A stretch of 63,692 nucleotides of DNA, counting the filler, from Sphacelaria rigidula (taxonomy: Eukaryota), in assembly GCA_964200075.2 (NCBI GenBank). It is 8 parts of 8 records of this genome, joined end to end, with 100 filler letters (N's around TTAATTAATTAA, not from the genome) between each part and the next. Parts side by side here need not be neighbours in the genome. Positions count along the whole stretch, not along the records: positions 1 to 7,874 come from CAXNAA020013143.1; positions 7,975 to 15,848 come from CAXNAA020013144.1; 6 more parts are not named here. The stretch is one strand, 5' to 3'. Each line of letters opens with the position of its first letter. Positions within the stretch are counted from its first letter, which is position 1. The position numbers and the translations under genes are program-made. Below are positions 1 to 12,098 of this stretch, piece after piece. The notes under the pieces are model-generated. The model worked only from the letters and a program-made list of their open reading frames with translations, was not told where the DNA came from and did not search any database.

Positions 1-728
1 GTTTGCACCACCCTCTCTTCTTTCAACAACGCTCCGGCTTGAATTTTCACCAACAAATGGCCCAAAATACCCCCCCCCCCCCTATCGTAGGACGACTCGT
101 AAGTACACCGAACTCTCGCTGAGGAAACTCGAGAGAGGGAAAATACGGGAGAAAGGAGAGAACACCGTAACGCAAGAATGAGAGAAAAAAAAAGTATATC
201 CCCACGAATCCTCTTTATTACGCCTAACGGACAGAGAACGCATGAAAAGGATGTGCTTGGATTATACTTGGAAGTCCTCATGGTAGCCCATCGTTGCGTT
301 AATTTTTGGGGACGAATTTTTCCACGCCGAAACTGTTCTCGGAAATTCACGATACAGGCGGGAGTCCATGTTGGATACTGTACGGTACATGTCAACCGAC
401 ACGGCACATGCGTAAATAAAACGTGCGGATCTTTGACATTTGACCTTAAGAGGTACAACGTCCCACAGTGTTACGTGAAAGAACAAACCGCAATTCTTTG
501 CAGTCTACATAACAATGCAATATCTGGACCTCGGCAATTCTAGCTCGGTCATCTCACAGGGCGGCCGAGTCGTATCACACTTATTATTTTCACTCTTGGA
601 TGTTGCACAACCTCCTGCAATTCCACGGTATATAAAAATAAATAAAAATGAAGAATTCCAACCCCACCCAATGCACAGCACGCCTCATAAATCACCTCCA
701 CTTCAGATGCATATTCACGCTCACATAC

Positions 729-1469
729 CTGTCGCAGGCGGACGCATTCTTGTAGTTGCTCTTGCCACACTTCTGGCACTCCCAGTCCCCCGACTTGATG
801 CCCTCCTCTTGTCCCCCGGACACCCCGCGTCCCCCTCCTCCCGTAGCGTGCATCGTACCAACCGTCTTTCCGCTCTCAGCCGCTCTCAGCTTCTCAAAAA
901 ATGCCCCTTTCGCCATCCCCGCCGCCGCCACTGTCGCCACCGACGGCGGTGTAGGGGCGTCCTCATCGACTTGTGAATCTTCTTTTGGTGATGAAACGGG
1001 TGGTTTTGGGCTAGCTGGTGGGGTTGGCGCGTCTTCGTCAAGGATTCTGTTGGTGTTGGGATTTGCGGTGATGACGTCGGGGTTGACTGCAGCAGCAGCG
1101 TGTTCCGTGGTGTCTTGTGATTGCCTCGTAATCGCGGCGGGGTTTGTATCCATCGTGTTGCTGGTGGTAGGTGGTGGCGATTCGCCTGGTGATGGTGCGC
1201 TGTTGTCGCCGCCGGTTCTGTTTTTATTGTTGCTGCTGTTGTTTTTGCTTATGCTATCGGAGCGCGACTTGTGCTTCTTCCTCTCCTTTTTGTGGCTTTC
1301 CTTTTTTGACGTCTTTTTCGATTTCTTCTTTTTCTGGGTACCATTACTACTACGATTCGCCTTCTTCTTTTCCTTGTGTTGCCTTCTCTCCCTGCTGCTG
1401 CTACTACTACTACTGATTGGGCTATCCCTGCTACGGCTGCGGCTGCGGCTTCTTCTCCTCTTTCTGCTC
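729..1469 (-). CDS. Internal exon of an SR/Lys-rich protein with a RanBP2-type zinc finger (gene continues toward the contig start)
   Basis: Open frame SRKRRRSRSRSRSRDSP...KKKKSKKTSKKESHKKERKKH...GDWECQKCGKSNYKNASACDR matches W-x-C-x2-C-x3-N-x6-C-x2-(C). Pyrimidine tract plus AAG/CAG acceptor at 1475-1470; donor AG|GTATGT at 728. The last Cys must lie in a later exon. Confidence 0.8.
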
Positions 1470-1934
1470 CTGCTTCCGGCGCAAAAAGGAAAATAGAGCG
1501 GGACAGCCGGACAGGTCTACATATTTTTCTCCAGTATTCTTCTAGAGAATAAAGCCAGACTTCCCTGAGATTCGGAACGTAAATCGGCTGCTATTGTCGC
1601 ACTTGAATATAACTTGACTTGAGTAGTCTCGATGATATCATCATGACCCCAACTCAACGTGCTAGGCCGCTGATGATGTTGATTATGGGGTATAACACCC
1701 CCCGTGATCAACAATAAGGTCGCTAAAAACCTCGGCTTGCCCGATAAACAAGACCTCGAACTCCTGAGAGACATATTTTTTCTGAAGGAATATTTCAACG
1801 TGGGAAGAAGGATGGGTAGACAACGGCAGTATTCTGATAAATTGAAAGCGAAAAACATGTCTTCTACTACTAATATTGGTGCACAGGCTAGGGCAACGAG
1901 TATACTCCGCGTTATGCTGATACGTCGGTCGAAC

Positions 1935-2113
1935 CTGCCATTGTCATCTTCGTGCGTCGTTGTCGTCGTCCGAACCCGTTTGTTTTTATTGCTTGCACAA
2001 TCCTGGTAGTTTTCGGGCGAGGGGCTCGGTGTATCATGCCTTTTTCGTCTGTATGCCGGCGGCGATGAGCTGGGGGTGTCGTGCCTGCTGCTCCGTCCTC
2101 GCGCCAGGGGCAT
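1935..2113 (-). CDS. Probable first exon of the same SR-rich zinc-finger gene
   Basis: ATG at 2113 gives MPLARGRSSRHDTPSSSPPAYRRKRHDTPSPSP...EDDNG. Donor AG|GTTCGA at 1934 is phase 2 and joins in frame to the 1469 exon. Confidence 0.65.
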
Positions 2114-2566
2114 GATGAATGGCAGGCTTGCTGCTTCGTAACGGTTGCTGTTGATCACCTTTCGTTTCTATCTCTGAAGAGTTCACTTGCCGCCGACAGC
2201 CCCGATATGTAGGCTTTAACCTCGATTCACAGCAGTGATAGCAAATCGTACCCAGAACTTCCGCTCACAGCTTCGTGCTTCGAAGGAGGAAGCCCTGAAC
2301 CCCGCTACGAGGGCGACGTCTATACATTTCAATGATCACAATAGATCACGAAATATTGACCCGCTGCCACAAGGTGGAGATCCATTATTACGGAAAAAAT
2401 TATATTGAGATGGAGGACATCATACTTCTTCTATTATCAGTAAATTTAATGTATATCATTTCGGCATCAAGTATCACAAATCTTCTAACATTTATTGTTG
2501 TTCGATTCATAGTTCATAGACGTTGTACCTTCGTTGTACTCCTGGGTATGCCAATGGACATAAACA

Positions 2567-3461
2567 ATGGCATTAGCATACGCAAAGTACACCAAATCAT
2601 GGCTAACTCTATCGGTGGTACGCTCAGTCGCGTCAAACACCGTCGAGGCTCGTCAAGAGAGGGAGAGAAAAAGACTAAGAGCCACATGGCCCGACCAAGG
2701 TCGGAATCGCCGCTGGAGCGAACGGCTGCACGCGCTGCGCTCACTCGGACCTTCGAGTCAATCCTTCACGGTAAGTTTTGACCAAGAGGGTCGGCTATTG
2801 CAGCTTCTCCAAGCGTCTGGCAAAACACCACCAAGGCTGTATGTGCTGTTGGCTGTTTGTTTTACGGAACATAAAGCGGGTTTTCACGGACGACAACACG
2901 GTATCGCCCGTGCTACTCTCGTTGTCCCTTTTGACCTCCTGAGATGGAAGGAAGGCAATCACCAACCGCTGTGGGCACTTACCGCAAACTGGGAGAGTTT
3001 GAGTTATAGAACTGGTTGGGAGCATCACAGTTGCACTACTGTCTGTATTGTCTAGCGTGGGCTGTGCTTTGACATGTACACCAACGAGGACCTGTGGAGA
3101 TTCCAGATATCGTCATCCCTTCTTGCTGTTTTTGGCCCGTGCCGGCGTTCCGTACGTCGGTTCATGTGTTCCGTGTGATACTGTATGGTGTAAAGGTCGG
3201 GAAGGAATGTAGGATTGCTCTTCTTACCACAGAACGGTGTAGCACCGTGCAATCAGCTCGTACGATTTTCGAGTGTAGTGTTTGTGTGCTTTACTTTCGC
3301 AGCAGCGCTATTTCACGACGACACATTGAGCCTGTCTTCTGTCTGTTTTCACGTTTTCTCTTTTTGCAAGAAGCACGCAGCAACCGCGACTGCGGCAAAT
3401 GCTACGTGATGTACTCGCTGCGCTTATTGCATGTTCAGGAACCGGCGCGCTGTCCCGAGCT
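2567..3461 (+). CDS. Putative spliced gene of unknown function, divergent from the zinc-finger gene (candidate exons 2567-2770, 3056-3151, 3381-3461; later exons ambiguous)
   Basis: Donors GTAAGT (2771), GTACGT (3152) and GTGAGC (3462); TAG/CAG acceptors; all joins phase 0. Product reads MALAYAKY...EARQERERKRLRATW.../RGLCFDMYTNEDLWRFQ.../QPRLRQMLRDVLAALIAC. No recognisable domain. Confidence 0.35.
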
Positions 3462-4514
3462 GTGAGCGCAGTGTACCATCTGCATGTATCACCTCTAAGT
3501 TCCGCTCTCTAAGAATACACACGCGTTTTCGTCTCACGATACAAGCCCTACCTTGTTTACTCACATATCATACCCGAGGTATCGCTGGCCAAGACCACAT
3601 GGGTGATGGTGTCATACTTGTAGCGAGGAAGATTTGAAGATTTCCTCAGGAAAAAAGGAAAGAAACTCCGTCGCAAGCAAAGTCTCCTTCCCAGACAGAC
3701 TGCTGCATTCTACTCGTATCGTACTGCTCTCCTGCGTTCAGATCTACACACAGCACAGTTTTTCATGATGGCATACCCCGGATGCTGTAATGCAAGTCAG
3801 AGAGTTGTCCACTGTCGGGAGTCTTTTTTTTCAGCGAAAGCTTTCGGTAAGGGACATGGGGGACTGGGGGAAACGAAACGATCGGTAGTACGGTCCACGT
3901 CTTTTTTGTTCAACCATTTTTGACTGTCGGGACGGCAGGTCCAAAACACATCGATCAAAAACATGTCCGTTTTTGTCTCATGGTTGGAGGGTGTGACCGT
4001 TGAAAACGTGCGGTCGGTTTGCAGTCTTGCGCGAAAATAAAAAAGAAAGCAATCCAATACCGGATTGCCCGCAGAGAAGAACCATTTGACAAGCATTCGG
4101 CTGATATCAGCCGTGAAGTAGACACAGCTCACACGAGCGGCGGGCCCGACAGAAGGGGGTACCGGCCCAGCGTGTGGCATCGGTGGCAAGCTTTGCACAA
4201 GGCGGGATCGTCGGTGTAGATTTCTGGCTGAAGAAGGGATGATTTCCCGCGTGGGGTGGTCTGAATAGTGTTGCTCTTCATTGGTGCATCTCGTGCACAA
4301 TGCAACGCCGATAGGTGGCGACTACGCTCAGGGCACCAATCCAAGAGAACGTGTGCCGGCTATAATAGTGCATGATGTATTCAGTCCACGTGAATAAGAG
4401 TTCTGTCATATGCTTTAACCAGCAAGTAACACGACACAACTTTAGTGCATGTATGCCTTGCACAGCCAATTGCGCCGCCTTCAAAACTGAAAACTTCACA
4501 TAAGTTACAGTATA

Positions 4515-5625
4515 CAATCTGGTGCAGATTGAATACCCAAAATTTATTCCCCGGCTGATGACGAACGCAATACCCAGCCAATATGCACAAGTGTGGTATC
4601 ATACTGACCACAATGTACAGACGAAAAGGGTGACAGCCGGATTTTTGTTCAAGGCTATAGCGGTGGCGCTATGGACAACAATATGTTTCCACCAATCAAC
4701 GCCTTTCAAATTGTTCCGAAATTGAAAACACGATTTCCAAGCCCAACTTTCACCGAATCTCCACATGGTTCAAACCGTAGTAACCGTCATCAGCTTGGGA
4801 ACCTAACGGGAGAAACAGATTTGGAAACGGTTCCAATGGGGTCGAACTTTGCCCAAAACCGTAGTGTTTCGGTGTTGTGGAGCTTCGGCCTCGTCTAATT
4901 TCCACTCATGAGACGTACGAAAGACCCACAGAGCCTCGAGACGATTTCCCTTTTATCTGTTGGAGAAAAGCTCAGATCATCCTCAAACTTGGCAGTTCCG
5001 TAGGTATTGATGCTCGAAATGGAAAAATTATATTCTTGGCAAGATTTATAGGTTTCTCCGTTTTCTACCGGCTTCCGGGGTCCCAGCATAAAGACCCCAG
5101 GAAACCGGTACATAATACCACAACACCAAAATTTATTCTTAGGGTTAGGTGGTATCCCAAGGGAGATGTGTACCAATTTTCGTCGCTCAACTCGAAAAAC
5201 TGAATCGGCTGGGTCTCTTACCGTGAAAACAACCCCCAAAAGGGCGATTCTGTACTTTAATCAAATACATACTTCTTCACACTTCAGCGCACGTTTTGAC
5301 ATTTCCTCACGCCGTTTTTTCGAGTTAGACCACGAAAAATTGCACACATGTTCTGGAAGGCGCTATCTAAAACTCGAAGACCGTTTAAAAAAAAAATGTT
5401 TTGTTGGTGGCTTTTTATCCAAGGTCGCAGTTGACCTACTTGACCGGGGGAGGGTTCAGATCCCGACTATCTCGACACCACATTTTTTTTTTTAAACCCC
5501 GGTCTTCGAGTTTTAGAGATAGTGCCCTCGATAACATGTGTGCAACTTTTCGTGGTCTAACCCGAAAAAACGGCGTGAGGAAATCCCGGGGAATGAATTT
5601 TGGGTGTCCAATCTGAACCAGCTCG
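4515..5625. mobile_element. Non-autonomous Tc1/mariner-type element (MITE)
   Basis: About 40-bp imperfect TIRs (CAATCTGGTGCAGATTGAATACCCAAAATTTATTCCCCGG vs reverse complement CGAGCTGGTTCAGATTGGACACCCAAAATTCATTCCCCGG) flanked by TA on both sides. Second copy at 63555. Confidence 0.8.
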
Positions 5626-7874
5626 TAAAAGTGTGCGATGTGCTGCACCTTTATTTGTCATGTGTGACTACTGACTACTGTTGTTGTACAAAGCTACTGT
5701 ACCGTGCTCTGCAGTGCAATCGATCGTGCACAATATTCTGTCGCCTGCAGTGCAATATGGCGTGCACTGGGAACACAACACTAGATGCCCTGTCCATGCC
5801 GACATTGTTGAAGACACATCGTTTGGCGGGGCGATGTAGCAAAGCCACACCCACAGTGCTGGTAAGTACGGTTGTGCACTTGGCTCCATCTCCCCTGCTG
5901 CCGCAGGGGCGCAGCGGTTACGCCAGTATGGATCAGTGGAAGGATTACGCGGCGTAACTGCAGCTGGTGAATCTTTCGATGGTTGGCCGGTGCCATTTTC
6001 GACTTTTGCGCTTCATTTTTTGTTGCAAAGTTCTCGACCGCTGCTGCAGGCACCAACGTGAAACTTGGTGCACCAGTCGGGCACGTCACAGCCAGTGTAT
6101 GTCACCGAAGCACAGCCCCTGTCCTTCCCCAAGCAAAATAAACAAATCGAATTCCTACTTTGGGCAATGCCGTCCGTATGCCCCCAAAATGGCCATCTCG
6201 CGGCGGAGATTCTGTGCACTGTGAGTAAAGGCATATGTGGACGTGGTGGCGCACTCATTTCCGCATCATGACCACCTGGGAGGCTGCAGTGCTCGCAAAC
6301 AAACATCGATCAGTTCTGGCGCTGTCTATGGATGATGACGGTCTGTAGAAAATCCATTCCGATATCGACTGTAGAAATGCTCAGATGAGGAGGCACGGTC
6401 GTGCGCGCGCTGTCGTTGCTGGTATGCGCTGAAACTTCGCCAACATCTCATGTAGATCACAATCAACAAGCCCATGCGTCTAGAGCTGGGGTTGGGCGTT
6501 GCAGCAGTGCGCGAGGGGATGAAAAGAGCTCCATTTCTGCTCCATTTTTTTTTTTTTTCTCGCGCGAGACTGTTTGAATGCATGCATACGATCATCTGCG
6601 GACTTACCCTAGAGGCGTAAACACTCTGACATGTTGTGTCACTGTTGTCATAGCCGTAGTCCACCTCAATGTAGGTGTCTCAGACTCAGGGTTCCCGTTA
6701 CATTCAGCAGTATTGTACCGTCGACTACATCGGGAACCGCGAGTTTGAGATACCTCTAGTACGACGTGATTCGTTTTTGGTCAAGTTAGTGCCGTATTGA
6801 AAACCGGGCGAGCAGCAGCACTCCGCGTGCAATGCTGTAGGGCTCTTCACATAAAAACGGGACGGGAACTTTGCACAGGTCGGATAGCTAATGACCTACC
6901 TGCAGTAATCAATCGAAGAGAACTTTCAGATCCAGTGTACAAAAACACAAAACACGCAACAGCAGTGTCCGAGAAGCAAACCGTTACCTTCCCGCTACAC
7001 TGCGTACTCGGCATCCATTGCCGTCGGGAGCTAATACGGAAATAGTGGTCAAATGAGCTACAATAGGTCATCATCCGGATCAGTATTCTAATAAGAAGTA
7101 GTATCCAGGTAGCTCATGACCTGTCCGATGTGTGGAACATTGCCCCCTGAAAAAACAACGTAGCGGGACGAGACATGAAAGTGGGGAGAGACACAAGGAG
7201 GACAGGAGGAAAAAACGCAGGACCACGCGAACTAAACAGAACATGGTCATGAGGCCCCGCGAAGAAACATGGCTCAATACGGCAACAATTCCAAACAAAC
7301 GTGAGCAACCTTGCAGCACCCATTCCAAGAGCCACAGTCTGTTCGCGCAAACAAGCAGCATACTGACTGTACTGTTACCTGCCTCGTTACTGCAAGTGAT
7401 CGGCTTGCACAGGGCCATATCGTCTCCTGGTGTTTTCGGTACGTCGCGCCCTCACACGCCTTTCCAAGTGACTACTAGCTAATTTACCGGTAGCCAACAA
7501 TAGATGCAGATAACACAACCTAATCAAGAGAGTATAAGAGGTGTACTGTCTCGTCTCGAGTACGTTTATCATGTGACTCCGGCTGGATCCCTCGGAGGTC
7601 AAGCAATGTGCGGCGATCAATCAAGTACTCAACTGTTGAGGGAGAGAAAGTGAACATTTTCCCGTATGCACATTACATGAAAATCTCATGTTTTGCTTTC
7701 GTTTTTTTGTCAAGCTCGAGGTTAGTTGACGAGGTGTTCTCTAGGTGGCAACGGACGTGTTTGATGCTATTAAGAACGCCTAAGCGGAGTAGACACGAGA
7801 AAGTGTGTCCTGGTCTTGTGCCGATCTAGGCTACTTGAGGGTCTACGAAGAATCGCTTCTTCTGACACAATCTA

Positions 7875-7974
7875 NNNNNNNNNNNNNNNNNNNNNNNNNN
7901 NNNNNNNNNNNNNNNNNNTTAATTAATTAANNNNNNNNNNNNNNNNNNNNNNNNNNNNNNNNNNNNNNNNNNNN
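7875..7974. other. Artificial contig spacer
   Basis: N run, TTAATTAATTAA (stop in all six frames), N run; 100 bp. Confidence 0.98.
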
Positions 7975-8384
7975 GGGGTGAAACCATGCGGAATATATAT
8001 ATATATATATATATAATATATATACACACACACTGTACATCCGGTTCAACATTTTGTATAACGATGTGGCCCTCCATGAACTGCGCCGATGGATCACGCA
8101 AACGACGTGTATACGCTATACATAACATATATATATATATATTCTGTATTATTTTTTTTATGCATGTGGCGGGGAGGGGTAGGGGGTAGAATAGAAGCAC
8201 AATTTATCGTTAAAAATGTCCCGAACGAGTCGGCTGGTCTGGTCCAAAAAATCTAACGGCGTGGTTGGGAAATACTACATAATGCCAACTCAGCGCATAG
8301 ACAACGAGCTGTTCCGGTGATCTGCGAGTGCATACTATGACTCCTTCCCGTCCCGTCCTGCCCCCGAAATGAACTCTGAAATAC

Positions 8385-8477
8385 CTGTTGAGGCGCATTC
8401 TCCATCGCCCACTGCGCCACGCGACCAAACTGGGTAACGCGAGGTCCTCGCCGGCCGTAGTTCCCCATGAAGACCAC
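8385..8477 (-). CDS. Universal stress protein (USP) domain exon, C-terminal motif
   Basis: VVFMGNYGRRGPRVTQFGRVAQWAMENAPQQ fits the USP motif G-x2-G-x9-G-(S/T)-V...AP. AAG acceptor; donor CAG|GTATTT; phase 0 at both ends. Confidence 0.75.
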
Positions 8478-8779
8478 CTTCTTCGACATTACCGTGGACA
8501 GTTTTTTTAGGGGGATCATACAAGTATCACCATTACCTTCGCCGTCAGACTTCCACAGGTGGTTAGGTTAGAGCAGGATGCGGGCACGGATACCGCTCAG
8601 TATCTGGAATAATGGAGTCCTTTTTATTTCTCCATCGATAGCCCAGGCACAGTACAGGGATTACCGTTGACTTTGCTCTCGGTCCTCCGAACGTGGTCAG
8701 GGAGGGATGCGGAGAAGGATCAGAGCCAACGTTTTGGTTTCTCGGAAATCATGAGTCCGATCTATATGCATTGATTGCC

Positions 8780-9531
8780 CAGGTACGGGACCCTGGAATG
8801 CTCAGTAGTCTCGGTAGTCGCTACGTCGGTTACCCTGCGGTACTCGTGACTGCAGATACTCCGGTATCCCAAGGTATCCTGAAGTGCTCGGTGTTGCAAA
8901 AGGAAATGGAAACCGAAAGAAACCTGAGGAACTCGGCGCCGCAAATACCCCGGGAACACAAGGTGCCCTGGGGTACTCTGTACTGTGAATACTTCCGTAA
9001 ACCCGAGCTACCCCGAGGTACTCGCTACCGCAATGCCCTGAAAAGTCGAAGTACCTTGGGATACTCTGTACGGCAATCACCACTGGAACCCGAAGCACCC
9101 TGGTATACTCGACACATACTGTAAATACCATGGAAAGCCGTGGGACCCCCAGGGTGATCGGTACTTCGAATATCCTGGACACCCAACGTACCCTGAGGTA
9201 CTCGGTACTGCAATCACCCTGGAATCACATGGTACGCTGGGGGTTATCGGTACTGCAAATATCCTGGAACCCAAGGTACCCTAAGGAACTCAGAACTATT
9301 ATCACCATGGAAACACATGGTACTCTTGGACTACTCGGTACCACAAGTATATTGAGAATCCAAGGTACCCTGAGGTACTCGGTGTTGTAAATACCCCTGA
9401 AAATCGAGGTACCCTGGGCTACCCGGAACCCCCAATACCCCGGGAACCCGAGGTACCCTAGGGTACTCGGCGCTACAGCTACCCCGGAAACGCATGGTAC
9501 CCTGAGATACAGTACCCTTTGTACCCCACTG
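8780..9531. repeat. Diverged ~43-bp minisatellite array (roughly 17 units) in a USP intron
   Basis: Recurrent unit approximating GGTACCCTGAGGTACTCGGTACTGCAAATACCCTGGAACCCAA. Confidence 0.85.
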
Positions 9532-11049
9532 TCGTTTACCATCTTCGGTGAGATGTTGAGGACCAATGAGGTGATTGTGGTGCTCCACCCCCACTTTTTC
9601 CCGAGGAAGTCCTGCGTACAGGGAGATACCCCGAAGTAAAGTTTGAAGACATGCATAATCACCCCCCTTTGCCAGATAAAGGGGAAAGTGCGAGAGTAAT
9701 AATAGGGACCAGAGTTCCGAATGACCGTTGCCTTGTGGATAATGAGGAAGGGGGTTGATGAAATCACAATGGAGTATGGCTCGTGCTGTGAATGGAATTC
9801 ACGGTTCGTTCACACACACAGGATACGATTGTGGCCTGCAGAAGCTTGAAATCAACATGAAGAAGATCTTACTCAACCCCATATTTTCGGTACAGCGGTG
9901 TGCATATTCCCCGCCATTCTCCCTGACTCCCCCCCCCCCCCCCGCCTCCAACCTTTTTTTTTAATGTCAAATGCTTGCGCCCTATCGAGAGATGAAGCGT
10001 GGTCATATGAAAAACGGCGACAGCTACGGCGTGAAAGGTGTGATCGGTCCTTACTTCCCCCTCCAGAGGAAAAGGAATGTCAAGAAAGCTGCTGCCTGGG
10101 GTTCGATTTTCCGCCACGATCGTTCTCGGTCGATTTCTTTATGATGAAAAGCACACCCCGGGGACCTGGGGGCAAACACGCTATAGGCCAGCGTAAGCTC
10201 AACAAAGCCTACATCGTACAACCGTTGTTTACAGGGATGGCGCCCCTCTGGGTGAAGCGGAAATTGGATCGATAGGCTTAACAGCTCGGACGTACACCGG
10301 GATCAGCTTTTGTCAAGATGTCACAACAGTCGTTGAGCTACTCAATCAGCGCTGACTGAAAAACCCAATGGTTATTGTAACATCTTAACAAAAGAATACG
10401 AAAAACGTACATCACCCCCCCCCCCGCGCGCGCCGATGACAAATTTACGAAAATAGGTTCGATGGTGCACTCACTTGGCCTCCAAAGTCGGCTATCAGGA
10501 TCTGTCACACCTTGGAACAACGCTCGATTATTTCGTTTGATGTCAAACACCGAGGAATCGAAGATGACGTAGGAAGTGAGAGTACCGCATGGTGTTTTAA
10601 ACGTGTTAAAGCGCGCCCCCCCTCCCGTCCCTTGTCGGAGCTTCCTTGTTCATCTAGCTCAGGGTGAACCAACCCTTTACTTTTGCTGTGAAGAAAACAG
10701 AAAATAGTATCGTTCAGGTACACCCCCAACCGGTAACATGTACAATTTGTCTGAGAGAAGACGAGATGCCGTTCAGAAACCGTCAGCCGCTAACCTCTTC
10801 GTTGAGGAAAAACAAAACGAAACAAAGCACGACAACGTTTAGTTCTCGTCAAACGACAATCTTCATTTACACCAAAAACAACAAACAAACGTGGCATTTT
10901 CAGCAACCCGTAAAGTAGTCAAACTTATTTTATTGATCAAGTACGTTAATATTCAGAAAACCCGTTTAGCCACAGTCAATTATTAACACTCTTGCCGTCA
11001 TGTGGCCAGCTACACAGACGGATTATTTCCCGGTGCACTCCTGCCTTAC

Positions 11050-11157
11050 CTTGGCTTGATGCTCTGACAGGACCGCGCCGATTGCATCGGTGACCTCTTC
11101 TACGGACCCCGAAGATCCCGGTGGTAATTCTCGGAAGACCATCTCCAAAACGTTCTC
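11050..11157 (-). CDS. USP gene internal exon
   Basis: TAG|ENVLEMVFRELPPGSSGSVEEVTDAIGAVLSEHQAK|GTAAGG; 108 nt, phase 0/0, links the 13614 and 8477 exons in frame. Confidence 0.75.
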
Positions 11158-11415
11158 CTACCGGGCAGTCAGTTGAAAGACGCGAAAGAAAGGATCGCCA
11201 GAATGCACTTTAGATAAACCAAAAGAAAATAACGGAAGGTAGCTTTCCTCTGTCTTGTTTCTTCAGCACCTTAAAAAAAAGCTGAAAGGGGCACCGAACA
11301 CCCACAACGACTACCCGGATAGACACTCTGATGGCTCTTGTTGCACATTAGTTAGTTACCCGTACAATTTTCGTGCTGTGCACGAGGCAACACACCAACA
11401 ATGTTTTTTAATATT

Positions 11416-11416
<1 letters not shown>

Positions 11417-11454
<38 letters not shown>

Positions 11455-11470
11455 ATTGTTGTTGTTGTTT
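11417..11470. repeat. (TTG)n microsatellite
   Basis: Seen directly. Confidence 0.95.
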
Positions 11471-12098
11471 GTGTGGTAATAACGACGCTCGTTCATACGC
11501 ATTCCAATTTATGAGGAGGCGACATAGGTGATGACTCACATCATCTTTTGGATAACTACCGACATTTCTAGAGAGAGAAAGGGGAAGGGAGGGGAACACA
11601 TATGGACAAACAGACACAGACAGATAGACGAATAGACAAGAAGACATGTAGACATGTAGACAGAGATATATGTAGATAACGTGCGCCAGAAATTGTCCTG
11701 TAGCACGTCGCAATGACTACTCGTGAGCAAGGCCCGTTCTCGAGAACGTCACATTTCGTCACCTTGCTGCTGCTTCGCGTGGTTCCAAGCACATGCTTAT
11801 GTTTCGCTGTGTATGTATGTATGTTCTGGTGACAGTGATGCCCGCTTTGGAAAAACCAAAACACAAGAAGGAGAAGAAGAAGGAGAAGAAAACGATGTAC
11901 TTGATAGTATACACTTACGTATTAAGAATACTAATATCATCCTCCCCCCTTTCCTTGCACATTTGATTATTACGATTATTTGCTTTTTTTCCTTCAGCAG
12001 TATATCGGGAGTACCTTCCTTGCTTGTGCCTCCAGGTGTACACGTACATTCCCATTTTTGTGTTCATTTTTCCTCAACCAACCAATCAACCAACCAGC

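Noticed and set aside
756-1496. 246-aa plus-strand hydrophobic ORF
   Set aside because: Antisense shadow of the Lys/Arg/Ser-rich minus-strand exon.
6608-6690. Possible minus-strand exon ending at a GTAAGT donor (..YIEVDYGYDNSDTTCQSVYASR)
   Set aside because: No clear acceptor, partner exons or domain similarity.
8693-9767. Several overlapping ORFs on both strands across the GTAC array
   Set aside because: By-products of a tandem repeat inside an intron; no domain or consistent frame.
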